Source of the DNA: Octopus bimaculoides
Taxonomy: Eukaryota
DNA length: 34,488 bases
Assembly: GCF_001194135.2 (NCBI RefSeq)
Contig: NC_068994.1
Span: 47,100,639 to 47,135,126 of the forward strand
Direction of reading: 5' to 3'
Part shown: positions 10,580-23,207 of the stretch, in pieces
Numbering within the stretch: position 1 is the stretch's first letter
Layout of the letters: every line of letters starts with the position of its first letter
Program-made: the position numbers and the translations under genes
The notes under the pieces: generated by a model
Told to the model about the DNA's origin: nothing
The model's database searches: none
What the model saw: only the letters and a program-made list of their open reading frames with translations

Positions 10580-11019
10580 ATCAGCCATAAGAGATATATA
10601 ATACTGCATGCTTCAGATAACATATATATATATCATCATCATCATTCTTTCTCCCATTTATTCTCTTCATTTAGCAACCTTTCATAGTGGCATCTCCAAG
10701 TCTCTCTCTTTGCAGATTCATTAAATACAAGTGAGCCATCATCCATGCAGGCACATTTCTCTCCCGTCACATCACGATTCTCTCTCGCACACTGTCTTAC
10801 AACACGAAACACTTCAAGTCTTTAGTCCTCACAATGCAGAACATTGGCAACTTTTTTTCTTATCTGCTTCCCCTCTGGCTAAGTAAACTTGTTTCCAAGC
10901 TTCCCTTCTGGCGATCTGATACAGGTCCCTGCTATCAATACACTTCCAGTCCTTCCATGCCTGTTTCTTTTCTCTAATGGCCCTGTCATCTACATCGTTC
11001 CACCACCATGTTACCTTAG

Positions 11020-11516
11020 GTTGAGAGGGGACAAATGCAAGAGTATGGCATGCTGGGCAAAATGCCTAGCAGTATTTTGTCTGCCATTACGTTCTGAGTT
11101 CAAATTCCGCCAAGGTCGACTTTGCTTTTCATCCTTTTGGGGTCGATAAATTAAGTACCAGTTACGCACTGGGGTCGATGTAATCAACTTAATCCCTTTG
11201 TCTGTCCTTGTTTTTCCCCTCTATGCTTAGCCCCCTGTAGGCAATACAGAAATAAGAAACTGAAAGAAACGTGTTGTATATGAATGTGTGTGAGTGTGTA
11301 CCCTTGTCTAGACATCATGTGATGGTTGTAAATTAGCATCACCACCATACAAGCAATGTTGTTCATTTTCATTCTTGTGTGACAAACATGTCTGATCATG
11401 GGGAAATATTAAATTGCTTGGAAACAAATGAGGATTCACAACAGGTAGGGCATTTGGCTGTAGAAAATGTATCTCAACAAATTTTGTCCGGAGAAGTGGA
11501 CGTTAAATGATGATGT
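11020..11516 (+). mobile_element. Composite SINE: family B head and body, a second module, and a (GAT)n-type tail
   Basis: B box GAGTTCAAATTCC at 11096, GGGGTCGAT cores, and a terminal GGACGTTAAATGATGATG. Confidence 0.7.
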
Positions 11517-11790
11517 ATGTATATATATCTTTTTGCCTATATGCTTACTTTACTATCTACCTCTCTATGTACCTGTCTCTCTTTCACACACACGCACACA
11601 CAAATATATATGTTTCTATGTGTTTCTCTCTAATTAAGCATCTTATCTGTTGTTTGTCTTCTTGTTTATCCAACCACCAATATATGTTTAGCTATTAACC
11701 TATTTAGGTATCTGAAAAAATATTTATGCCTGTCAATATCTATGGCAACAACTATATATTTCTCTCTCTCTCTCTCTCTCCCTAAATATA

Positions 11791-12006
11791 TGAAGGAGTG
11801 CTGAAAAGCTCCTGGCTTTAAGAGTATTGCAAAAGACCTGGTTAGAGACCTAACACTCCAAGTTCTTTTACAGGTCTCAGAAAAACTGAAGGACCGCTGC
11901 GATAAGTGTGTGAATGTGAAAGGGGAATATGTTTAATAAAATCATAATTGACCGATCCTCCTGTATTTTCTTTTACCCAAAACCAGGAACTTTCAGGCAC
12001 CCCTTG
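11791..12006 (+). mobile_element. Mariner-derived MITE with transposase C-terminal remnant
   Basis: Imperfect TIRs of about 28 bp flanked by TA (11789-11790, 12007-12008). 11883-11936 reads KLKDRCDKCVNVKGEYV*, like the mariner RWxKCVxxxGxY terminus. Confidence 0.8.
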
Positions 12007-12018
12007 TACATGAATGTG

Positions 12019-12050
<32 letters not shown>

Positions 12051-12914
12051 TCTGTGTAGCTATCAAATTGTCTACCTAACTATCTATCCATAGTTTCTTT
12101 CTCTTTGTTCATCCATTTGTCTGTCTAAATAACTGTCCATCTCTCTTGCCTCCCTCCTTCTCTCCTAGTTAGTTNNNNNNNNNNNNNNNNNNNNNNNNNN
12201 NNNNNNNNNNNNNNNNNNNNNNNNNNNNNNNNNNNNNNNNNNNNNNNNNNNNNNNNNNNNNNNNNNNNNNNNNNNNNNNNNNNNNNNNNNNNNNNNNNNN
12301 NNNNNNNNNNNNNNNNCACACACACACTCATCCCCACCCTCCCGTTCTCTTTGCTATCTGAATAAATGTCAAGGAAAGAAAGATGTTTAGAGTTTAGTGC
12401 AGCCAGAAGAGACAACCACAGTTACCACAGCAACAGTCTCCTGAATTCTTGTTATATTTGTCACATCACCTGCGCACCAGACCCACCCACCCATCCACAA
12501 CCACTTCTCTCTCCTTCATGTTGATATTAAACTCTGCACTCTCTTCAGTTTTATTAAATATATACATGTACACACACACACAATCTATCTCTGCCTCTCT
12601 TTCTTTCTCCTATTGACGCACAAACTATCCCTTTCTCAGTCACTTGATTTCTGTTGCATACACATGCATACACACACACACACACACTCTCATACTATCA
12701 TGCAAACTCTCTCCCCTTTATCTCTCTATCTATCTATCTATTTATTTATTTCTATCTTTCAGCTGTATACAGTTGATTGTTATCTATGGTTAAGTTGTTG
12801 TTTAACCCAGGGCAGACCTGATTGAGAAAACTTATGATCAGGGATTTTTCCAACTGTAACCATTCCATATCATTTTGAAAAGTATCGTATTAAATATATT
12901 AGAGTATGATTTAA

Positions 12915-13135
12915 CCCTTTTGTATTTAAACTGGCCACATCCAGCCAAAAATTCTCTACTTGTTTTATGTCCAATCTGGCCAAATCTGGCCTCTCACTCC
13001 TACCCAACAATGTCATTCAAAACCTAAACAATCACATCACTGAAATCTCGAAGCTACAAGATAATGCAGGATTAATTCCAACCAATGTGAATAAATAAGC
13101 TTTGCATTTGACAGAGTAACCCGAATGCTAACGGT
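12915..13135 (-). mobile_element. piggyBac-type MITE, family 1 (inverted copy)
   Basis: TTAA on both flanks; reverse-complement similarity to 31713-31933. Confidence 0.75.
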
Positions 13136-15159
13136 TTAAGGGAGACTTGGTTTTTATCCTTTTGGGGTCAATAAATTAAGTTCCAGTGAAACACTAGGGT
13201 CGATGTAATTGACCAGACCCACCCCAAAATTTCAGCCTTTTGCTTTTAGTAGAAAGGATTATATCTTCCATTAGGGATCTGAAAAAAAATAAAATCCCTT
13301 TTCATTGTCTTGAAAAGAAGAATATGCTTATAATTAAGTATCCTCAAACCCAGTGTACATATATATATATATATATATATAAGGAGAATTCACAAAAAAA
13401 AAAAAAANNNNNNNNNNNNNNNNNNNNNNNNNNNNNNNNNNNNNNNNNNNNNNNNNNNNNNNNNNNNNNNNNNNNNNNNNNNNNNNNNNNNNNNNNNNNN
13501 NNNNNNNNNNNNNNNNNNNNNNNNNNNNNNNNNNNNNNNNNNNNNNNNNNNNNNNNNNNNNNNNNNNNNNNNNNATATATATATATATATATATATATAT
13601 ATACTAGGTTTGAGGAGTATTTGAGAATGAACACAAGCAGGGTTCAAAATTCACAACTGTTTCAGTAGCATTTTATTGATGCATTCTTAGATTATATCAT
13701 AGCAAAACCACACCATTATCAGGTAAATTTTAAACATATATATATGCAGGCAAGTTAAAACCAGAAGAACTAAGAACAATGAGGTCAAATCAATCTTATT
13801 TTTCAACTTAGTTTATAGTTTTGACCTACTGCAAACAAGCCACTTGGCTATCACTAAATGACATGTTCAAGAAAGGTTGTTCTAAATGTTTGAAATGAAT
13901 CATTTCTAAAGTTACTATTTTCCACATTTGAAATTTTGTCTCTAGGGTGTATCAACACTATAATAAAGTTAGCTGCATATTTAGTTGGCATTATGTAACT
14001 TTTACTAAAAGAAATCAATTATTAAAGACTTACAATATTGAAAAAATACGTATTCCAATTTTAATTTTTTTTTTTCAAAATGAGGCTTTGAAGTTTCTTT
14101 TCTTATTGAAGATTCAAGTTTGTACGCCAGTCACAAAATAATTTTTATTCCCTGCAATCAATCATAAAACAAATTTTTATTCACTGTGACTTATCTCTCT
14201 CTCTCTCTCCCTCCCTCCTATTCAACTGTTTTCATTAAAAATAAGTGATTGCACAGTTTTTCTTAAGAGAGAATATTTGTGAACATGGCTGCTAATCCAC
14301 CATTCTTGGCAAGTACTTTATTTATTAATCCAAAAAAGAATAAAAGGCAATGTCCATCTTGGCAGAATTTGAACTAAAAGCCTTCTGTCCAACACTAACA
14401 ATTCTTCCAATATACTTTTTACTAACCAACCAAGCAATGGATTGTCACTATGACTACAAGATGATATGAGAAGTTATTAGCCCTAACAAAAATGTTAACC
14501 CTATAAAATATAGATTTTTACCCTAACCTGACAAGATCCAAGAGCTGGCCCCTGTAATTAACTCCTATATATTCTGTGTTCCACACATTTATGAATGATA
14601 GCAATATTGGTTATAGGATTCCAGTGAGCTGTTCATTGTGTAATTAAAATGGTAAAATTTTACAAAAAGTATCAAATAAAGAAAACACTTTAATTACAAA
14701 GAAAGTGGAAACAAAAGTTAATAAATGACTAGAAATTTGATATATTAACCAAACATTCAAGAGTTCAAACCTTACTATGTTCACTGTTTTATGCCTTGAG
14801 GGCACATAACTTTGCTCAACACAGTCTACCTGAAAAACAAGTAGTTTTCAACACCTACTTCAATAATCTTACATATAATAAAATTTAATTGAGTTTTTAC
14901 CTGTAAATTTGGATTTTTATCTCTAATAATATTATTATTATATATATGTATATGTATATATATTCTCGTTCATTTAACATCAATATATGTTATGTGAACG
15001 ATAGTATTATAAAAACAAAAAAAGTGTTTTAATATTTACTTTCATATATATATCTATATATGTGCGTCAGTGTGATACTGACAACTAAATACAATTTATG
15101 ATAAAAATTTGCAGTTCTATGTTGATTAAAATACCAGTGTCTTTTGAGCAAAACTTTTC

Positions 15160-15288
15160 AGTAGCAGGGGTGGATACTCTGAGAGCATAGCTGCTACAAT
15201 AAGAATAGGCTAGGCAAAGTTCAGAGAGCCCCTACCTCTGCTGGTAACAAAGAGACTCTCACTCAGAGTGAAAGGCAGACTATGCACA
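15160..15288 (+). mobile_element. RTE-like LINE ORF2 remnant
   Basis: Reads SIAATIRIG*AKFREPLPLLVTKRLSLRVKGRLC, resembling the post-RT RIxxAWxxFxxL...SLxxKxRLY region of RTE-like LINEs; one in-frame stop. Confidence 0.7.
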
Positions 15289-16345
15289 AGGCCTGAAATT
15301 TTTGGAGGGGGGGGGCAGCCGATTAGATCCCCCCCCCCCAGTATACAACTGGTAAAATTATAAAATATTAAAAAAAGAAAAAGAAAAAATCTCATCCTGG
15401 GTGGTAATGAAAAGCAATGTGTCAAACAGCAAAATGAATGAAGAAACAAAAGATAAAGGAAGAAAAGACAGATATTTTTGGTTAATAAATTTAATTAAAA
15501 ACTTTATGGTTACCAACATAATGTTATTAGCACACACTCATTATGAAAAGATTAACAGCCAAGTTGTTGACAATAGATTTGAATATATAGATGTATATAT
15601 ATATATAGAGGTATATATTATCAATAAGTGGTGCTTACTTTAACTGCCAAAATGCTTTGTGTAAGTCGTTAATATCACATCCTAGTCTATAACAGGTGAG
15701 CAATAAGCATTACCAGTTGAATTCATTTGTATACGATTAAGCAGACAGAATACCACTAATTGATAATATATTTGAATGTGAATATATAAACCATAAATAC
15801 AACAAGCAGCCTGAGGTTTAGGCTGCAGAGAGCAAACAGGTCATAAATAGTTAACAGGCCCTCAAGGTTTAACTTTAGAGTTTATATATACTGTAAATAT
15901 TTTATACGCACACACACACATGCTGTAACAAACAAGCAGTTTTGTTTCAAACTCAAATATTTCAGGGTGTGTTTGTGTGCATAAATAGACACACAGATAC
16001 ATACATGTGTATATGTGTAATTTAAAACTAAGAAAATAAACTTGTGGTGTGTGTGTGTGCACACCTGACAAACAGGAATATGAAACTCTGAGCAGCAGTT
16101 TTTTGTGATGTTCTTGCAGCTTTAATGATAGAAAAAGCCTATTATTCTGCCTTTTTTTTCCACCTTGTTTTGCATCTATGCGCTTACTCATGTACATAAT
16201 GCTTTTTTAGGTGATTTTAAATGTCTTGCCCGCTCACGTTTTTGGTATGCTGCTATATTTCATGTTGAGAACAATTTAGGTCTTAATAGACACAAGATGT
16301 GATCTATTTCTAGCGCATTAATTGTCCACATTAGTNNNNNNNNNN

Positions 16346-16500
16346 AAGTATATATTAGTATGACGCTCGGGAATACGGAAAGTCTTTGACGTTTCGAGCT
16401 ACGCTCTTCAACAGAAAGAATACAGAGACAAGGAGAAAAACACGGAGAAAAAAAATTGAATAGTGTTCAGTCAACGGTCAATCCACACACATACACCACA
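16346..16500 (-). mobile_element. Probable Penelope-like element terminal fragment
   Basis: Contains the hammerhead-like GAAACGTC motif typical of PLE termini and abuts an assembly gap. No RT ORF seen. Confidence 0.45.
16383..16419 (-). ncRNA. Minimal type I hammerhead-ribozyme-like motif (Penelope-type)
   Basis: Minus strand reads TCTTT-CTGTTGA-A-GAGC-GTA-GCTC-GAA-ACGT-C-AAAGA: helix I 5 bp, helix II 4 bp, palindromic ACGT helix III, GUC cleavage triplet. The core deviates from CUGANGA at position 6. Confidence 0.55.
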
Positions 16501-16504
16501 TACA

Positions 16505-16696
16505 CAGAGTCCTCCAAAAAATGTATACACACTTCAGGAAAGGAAAAAAATCTATATAAATATTGAACTTGTATAACTACCTCTATAAATATAGATACCC
16601 CTTTCAACGTTTTTATCAAATTGCAATAACACTGAATTCAAATATTTATAGATTTTTCCTTTCCTGAATTTGGAATACATTTTTTGGCAGACTCTG
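16505..16696. mobile_element. Tc1/mariner-type foldback MITE
   Basis: Imperfect TIRs of about 60 bp (CAGAGTC..CCAAAAAATGTAT...TTCAGGAAAGGAAAAA.TCTAT); TA on the right flank. Confidence 0.8.
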
Positions 16697-17397
16697 TATA
16701 TACACACACACACACACACACTGCAACTTTATATTCTTAGTTCTAAATTGCACACACACACACACATAAATGTATACATACATGTGCATTTTTCTTAGTT
16801 CTAATATGTGTGAGTGTGTCTATGAAAAACAAAAATTCAAAATTCCATTACTAAGACAATACATTTAAAGAAATCATTAAATTTCCTAAAATTTCTCTCA
16901 TCTTTCTTTAGAAAATCTCTCTTATATGTAAAGTGGTTCTGATTTAGAAGTAGGACGGATTGATAGACCCTTTACAAATAAGTGACACAACCCTGATAAT
17001 TCTCCCAGTCTGTTTATGAACTGCATCCAAGTGAATGTGAAAGAGGATCCATGATAATCTTTTAAAATCAGGAAATAAAATGTGATTCTGATGGTATACA
17101 CCATGCTGAAATATAGCTAAATTCCAAATTTTTTTCTCCATAGATTGGACGTCTGTTATGTGATTTTATTTTGTCTGAGACCAAAATTAGATTCATACAA
17201 TTGCTATCAATTGAAACACAGCATAATTAGTTCATTGCAATTCTCATTACATTTGGATTATTATTATTAATTCTTTCCCCAAAATTATCAAACCTCAAAA
17301 TTTTGCATGCTGTTTGAAAATTGAAACAAAATTTTTTATGAATTAGTTTTGCATGTATGCCCAGGTGCATACATATTGTTTATACAATGCATGTATG

Positions 17398-17444
<47 letters not shown>

Positions 17445-17447
17445 TAA

Positions 17448-17700
17448 ACATCCACTTTTCCATGCTTGCATTGGTTGGACGGAATTTGTTTTGAGGCAAA
17501 TTTTCAACAGATGAATGCTGTTCCTGTCATCAAAGCCCATCCATTTCCAAGTGTGTCCCCATGTTTCTACAGGACAAATGACTCTACAAATGACTCTAAA
17601 CAAATGACAGGACAAATGACTCTACATTGACAACAAATGACAGCAATGCTTGTATAAAACTCTTGCATGATGTCTAAGTATGGAGACAGAAGCACCTACT
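17448..17700 (-). mobile_element. Retroposon fragment similar to 11270-11516, with internal CAAATGAC duplications; related plus-strand fragment at about 22545-22670
   Basis: Shared TACAAGCA, TTGGAAA and GACATCATG motifs. Confidence 0.6.
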
Positions 17701-17717
17701 TACATACACAAACACAC

Positions 17718-17748
<31 letters not shown>

Positions 17749-18195
17749 CACACACATACATTCACACACACAACAGGCTTTATTAGAAGACTATATAGTT
17801 TATATATACTGTCAGACTGAACCTGAAACCATTTGAGTTAGAAGGGAACTTCTTACCTACACAGCCAAATGTATTTATACACACAAACTTGCATGGCCAA
17901 GTGGTTTTTAAACGTTTAATTTACTCTTCAGACTGCAGATTTTGGGTTAGATCCAATTGGATGGTACTTTGGCAAGTATCTTCTACCACACCATCACATT
18001 GGTCAATGCTGTGCAAGCGAAATTTGGTAAATGGAAACTATGTAGAAGCATGTCAGATGGACTGAAGCTGTGAGAGTTTTCCTAAAGATTATGTTGGGTG
18101 AACAAGCAACTGTGAAGTACTCAACCACATGAACTACAATTCAATGAGGAAATAATTCAATTGATTGAACAACTAGCGCATCCATTCATTCAAAT

Positions 18196-18454
18196 CAGTG
18201 GTTCTCAACCAGGGACCATATGACCGTTAGGGATCCATGTAAGATTTTGTTAAAATTTATGGGAAATAAACGGGTTATATTTCTACAATACACAAAATAT
18301 TTTAATAATTATTATTATACAATTCCTTAATAATATTTAATTATAAAAATACAGCAGATTTTTTTATATATATACATCGAATGGCTATGGTGGGGCACCC
18401 CCATAAAATAGGAATCAAAGGGGCCCTTAGGCAAAAAATGGTTGGGAGCCACTG
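18196..18454. mobile_element. hAT (Charlie-like) MITE
   Basis: TIRs CAGTGGTTCTCAACC / GGTTGGGAGCCACTG; diverged 8-bp TSD ATTCAAAT / ATCCAGAT. Confidence 0.8.
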
Positions 18455-18912
18455 ATCCAGATAAACATGCCCCATCAAATTATATGCACATACACAGACG
18501 CACACACACATCGTGAATGAACATGAAACATGTATAATTGAAAGAGAACGGGGAAAGAGAAAGTGAGTACCACATGGTATTGAATCCTTATTTCACCATG
18601 GGATGAAACTTCAAGCCAACCATACAGTTGCTTTCTCTCTCCTTTGCTATGCAACTGTTATATCCACACCATAGTTTATAGCTTAATTACAATCAATTAA
18701 TTGTTTAAATTTTAAATAGCTTCTGTGAATCAAACAAACAAAAAAAATTAGTTGAACAAATATTTGGAAAGGAAGCTTTCAAACAAATAAAGGAAACAAA
18801 AAATAAGAGTGATTAGTGGTGGTGATGGGGGGAGGTCATGTGATCAAATGGTTAGAGGGTGGAGAAACAAAGTAATTGTCCTTTGTTTCAGATTTTTTTC
18901 AATCACGTCTTG

Positions 18913-19116
18913 CTAAGTATCATTACATGCATCCTTTGGTGATAGACAATTTAAGGTGTTTGGTACGGCGAACAACTTGCCACTCGGTGTACAGATACAC
19001 AACTTGAATGTCTCACCCGTAGCATTTACTCCAGGATTCTCAACTTTGATCGGACGTAGAGTTTTCTTGTTAATTATTATGTTGCCGTCGCTAGCATCAA
19101 ATTTCAAGTTACCTTT
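18913..19116 (-). CDS. SGCB: Beta-sarcoglycan last exon KGNLKFDASDGNIIINKKTLRPIKVENPGVNATGETFKLCICTPSGKLFAVPNTLNCLSPKDACNDT*
   Basis: Poly-T tract plus ccAG acceptor. C-terminal four-Cys motif KLCIC..GKLF.V...C....C resembles human KLCMCADGTLFKV...C...C. Confidence 0.94.
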   Translation of the reverse strand, partial: KGNLKFDASDGNIIINKKTLRPIKVENPGVNATGETFKLCICTPSGKLFAVPNTLNCLSPKDACNDT

Positions 19117-20079
19117 CTGGAAAAAAAAAAAAAGAAATCAAAATTTGGATGGTCAATCATGCTTTTTGCTTTTCTTTTATTTTTAGCAAAACTGTGTATA
19201 TGTGTACACAGACTAATGTGTGTGTTTGTATATACAGGGTGTTCATAAATTATCTTTTTAATTTCCATCAAGCAGTCCAAATGTGCTGCTTGTGACCAAT
19301 GGAGCCCGTGTGGAAGTGGTCTGACATCTCTAATAGAACTATGAAAAAAAGATATACCATTAGCTTTTTCATGTGTTGTATTTTAGAATCACCACAACAG
19401 ACTGATTTAACCTCTAATTGATTTTATATATACATACATATATATATATATATATAAAGATGAGAATGTGTGTCTGTGTGAATCCCTAAAACTTGAGAAA
19501 TACTAGATGTATAGATATAGATGTATATGTATAAATGTATGTGTAGATGTCTATTTATAGATATACATGTATATATATATATAGATGTACATGTAATATG
19601 TACACATATATATACACATATATACATGCATACATATATACACTCATACACACATACACATAGATACACACACACACACACACAGATACATAGGTGCAGA
19701 TGTGGGTGTGTGGTAAGAAACTTGGTTTTAAGTGGTACCAGCATTGGCAGAGTCACCAAGTAACTTGTAAGACAAAGATCCTTTGAGAGGGGAGAGGGCA
19801 TACATATGCATATATATATAGAGAGAGAGTGAGAGAGAGCTGTATATATGTAAACACATGCACACCCACAGATATATAGATATTTGTATTATTATGGTTA
19901 TTTGTTCAAACAGCCTTGTATGGGAAAGCTTTGTCTCAAAGTGAATTAAACCAAACATACCAACAGAATATTTGCAGTTCTAACGAGTTTATTTATACAG
20001 ATTATGTCATTCATTTATTTGAAGATGACAAATTGGAAGTAACAATAACAAACTGCTTTTGCAGATGAAAATTCTTTAC

Positions 20080-20223
20080 CTCGGCATTCAAGGAGATTCC
20101 TTTGCTGGCTTGGACATTGATTTTGTTGATGCTTTCTTCTGTACTTACGCCTTTATCACCTTTTACGTCAACTCTGGAGAAAGATTCGAAAACAATGTCG
20201 TTCCACTTTGTTCGACTTTTTAT
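20080..20223 (-). CDS. SGCB: Beta-sarcoglycan exon IKSRTKWNDIVFESFSRVDVKGDKGVSTEESINKINVQASKGISLNAE
   Basis: ggacAG / GTAAAG, 144 nt, phase 0/0. VKGDKGV corresponds to the sarcoglycan VRGNEGV motif. Confidence 0.9.
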
Positions 20224-21037
20224 CTGTCCAATATAACCAAGAGAGAGAGAGAGATAAACAAACAAAAAAAAAAAGAGGGAGAAAATGGTATTTGACAATT
20301 TCAATGATGTTAGCTATTATAAAGCATAAATTTGTGACAAACAATAACAACAGCCCTACCAAATGGACTCGTGTCATATTTCTTGCTTGATATTCCAACT
20401 ACGATCCATGATCATCTTACCTTTATCCTGTATGCAAGGAACATAGAACTATACTATCAAATACGTTCATTTCTAAGATGACAGGATGCAATTGGAGAGA
20501 GATTTGACTGCTATTTCTAGCATAGTAGAAAGGATTATTATTATTATTATTATTATTATTATGAAGTTTATAACATGTATAACCAAACATAGAAAGGCAC
20601 CAGCTGTATTATTTTGCTCTGGACAAACTTCTTAAAGATACTTGTGTATTATTACATTCTTCATTGGCTAAAATCACAATATGAAATACAAAATGCTGGA
20701 CTATTAACTGCACGGTCATAAGTTTAAATTTTGCAATTTTGCTGTTTACAGCCTTTATATTGTGTGCTTTTAGTCAACTGTACTTACAAATCTGTTGTTC
20801 TGACAGATTATTCTACCATAGGATGGTTTAACAGCAGGAAAAGGTTAATGATATCCAACAGCCTAATCATAGAATTAATTTCTTTTTCATTATGCAAATA
20901 TTTCAAAATTACAAAACAATTAAGCCTATTCATGTTGTCATAGAAACATAGACGTACAACAGTAAAATAAAATAAAAATTAGAGGGGAAAAAAATAGGAA
21001 ACAGCAACAATACAACGGCATTAGGAAATACACTTAC

Positions 21038-21195
21038 ATTGGTAGTTTCTATTGCATTGGTTTGGAGATTTTGTGGCATTTTGGGAAACGACCATTCTTT
21101 GTTTGGATCAGTTGAAAAGACAAGTTTACTAGTGTCAGCGTCAATAACATCAAAAGCATCAGTGGTGAACAAGCTTTGGGTCTCATTGACAGACA
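21038..21195 (-). CDS. SGCB: Beta-sarcoglycan exon (L)SVNETQSLFTTDAFDVIDADTSKLVFSTDPNKEWSFPKMPQNLQTNAIETTN
   Basis: Long polypyrimidine tract ending caAG; donor GTAAGT; 158 nt. Aligns to human LSVENNKTSIT...ILFSTD...F.LP. Confidence 0.92.
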
Positions 21196-21232
21196 CTTGA
21201 AGGAAGAAAAGAAAAAGGAGGAGAAAGCAATG

Positions 21233-21717
21233 AATAATAATAATAATGATAATAATAATAATAATCCTTTCTACTATAGCCACAAGGCCTGCAATTTTGG
21301 TGGAAGGGGGATAATCAATTACATCCAATGCCTCTACTTAATTCATAGACCCCAAAAGGATGAAAGGCAAAGTTGACCTCAGCAGAATTTGAACTCTGAA
21401 TGTAAAGACGAGTGAAATGCCTCTAAGCATTTTGCACGACGTGTTAATGATTCTGCCAGTTCGTTGCCTCAATAATAATAATAATGATCCTTTCTACTAA
21501 AGGCACAAGGCCTGAAATTTCAGGGGAGGGGACTAGTGTTATTATTGATAACAACAACAACAATTGTGCCTAACATAGACACAAGGCCAATACATGACTG
21601 GTACTTTATTTTATAGACCTAGAAAGATGAAAGGCAAAGTCGACCTTGATGGGATTTGAACACAGAATATAAAGAAGTAGAAATGCCACAGGGCATTTTG
21701 TCAGATGTTCTACTGCT
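21233..21717 (-). mobile_element. Two tandem family B SINEs (other copies at about 4127-4230 -, 9035-9135 +, 13148-13262 +, 15285-15355 -, 32555-32762 -)
   Basis: Repeated CACAAGGCCTGAAATTT..GGGGAGGGG and GGATGAAAGGCAAAG...GAATTTGAACTC motifs with (AAT)n tails. Confidence 0.8.
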
Positions 21718-22460
21718 TCCCCCAGATCATCACAGATCCTCCTCCATGTTTAACAGTTGGAAGAAGGCAGTCTGGGTCAAATGCTTCTTTTGGCTGTATA
21801 CTTGGCCAGTGTTTGGAAATAAGGTAAAGGATGACTCGTCTGAGAAAATAACATTCTTCCACTGCTCTAAGGACCAATTCTATAGGTTTTTACTCCACTC
21901 TGAATGCTTTGCAATGTTTCTTTTTGAGAGTAGTGGTTTTCTGATTGCAGCCCTCCCGTGAAATCTGGCTTTGTGCAGCTCCTGGCAAACAGTTTTTGTG
22001 AAAACTGGGTTCTCAAGGTGGTCATTAAGCTCTGCAGTAATTTTGGGAGCTGTACTTTTGTGATCCTTTCTAACAATTCGTGTAAGAGTCCGACAGTCCC
22101 TATCTGAAAGTTTTGGTTTTCTTCTGGAGTTTTGTTTCAACGAGAAGGTTTTTCTCTCTTTCTCAAAGGCTGTCATTACTTTCGAAACAGTACTTCTTGA
22201 TACACCAAACATTTTGGCTGTATACGAGCACCAACAATTTAACCTCTTTGAAAGTTCGATAGATCTGTCATTTTAATGAATTTTAATTACCTTTTTCTGA
22301 TGATATCTGAAAAGAAACAGCAATTTTAGCAAAACATATTAAGCAACACTAATAATAAATCAAGAAACATAAAAATAAACAAGCTTATGACGGTTTTATA
22401 GATATTTCAAAATTATGATGCTATGATTCTAGGTGTTTCCATTATTTTGTCCAACCTCTG
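21718..22460 (-). mobile_element. Tc1-family transposon, 5' part with a decayed transposase
   Basis: TIR CAGAGGTTGGACAAAATAATGGAAACACC next to TA at 22461. HTH ORF 22212-21880, then after a stop WKNVIFSDESSF (first DDE Asp) and after a frameshift TVKHGGGSVMIWG. The 3' half is absent. Confidence 0.92.
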
Positions 22461-23176
22461 TATGTATGCGTGTGGTGGGGGTGTATTATATGCATGTATG
22501 TGTGTGGTGGGGGTGTATTATATAATAGATTTAAGTGAGTGTTACTGTCATACAAGCAGTGATATCCATTTCCAATATTCCTGCAAAAAATGTCTGGCCT
22601 TACTTGGAAACAAGAGAGGATTAGTGACAAGAATGGGCATCTGGCCATAAAAACCTTGCCTCAATAAACTTTGAACAACTCACGTAATCAGGAAAAGTTG
22701 GATGTTGGAATGATGATGATGATGATGAAGAGTGCTACCATTGTCTCTGTTATAAATTTGTATATTTATACTGCACTTGAAGTTAGAGGTCTCTCCTCTA
22801 CATATTGCTAACAATTGAATAATTAACCAAGGGCAGAGCCTGTTATCCAGCTTGAGCTGCAATAAATAAAATTCTGTGATTTGCCCAGTGCCTGCAATAG
22901 AAAGGCACGTTCCCTCCTCCTCTTCCTACTACTACTACTATTACTGCTGCTCCTGCTGCCACTGCCACTTTTACATTGTCTTTTTAGTCAGGTAGAGTTT
23001 TATACATTGTCTAAGTATTGTACTGATGTCCTCACAATTAATAGTCCTGCATTTTTACCTCACAGCCATTGTATACCACAATCATGAATGTGACAAAATA
23101 AGTTAATATGTTATATTATTTGATGAGTAAATGATGTTTATATCTGCAGAAATGTGTGAAATGTTTAATTACTTAC

Positions 23177-23207
23177 ACATTGAAGATTCTGGAGAACCAA
23201 TATTGAT
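23177..23207 (-). CDS. SGCB: Beta-sarcoglycan 31-nt micro-exon INIGSPESSM(L)
   Basis: ttttcgctttccAG / GTAAGT. It supplies the phase 0 to phase 1 change needed to join the two flanking exons. Confidence 0.85.

Noticed and set aside
19233-19420. TACAGGGTGT Tc1/mariner-like terminus
   Set aside because: No matching second TIR or transposase remnant found; possibly a fragment but not delimitable.
20143-20149. Internal GGC|GTAAGT donor-like site in an SGCB exon
   Set aside because: Its use would cut the conserved VKGDKGV region; the downstream donor gives the homologous exon, and there is no evidence of use.
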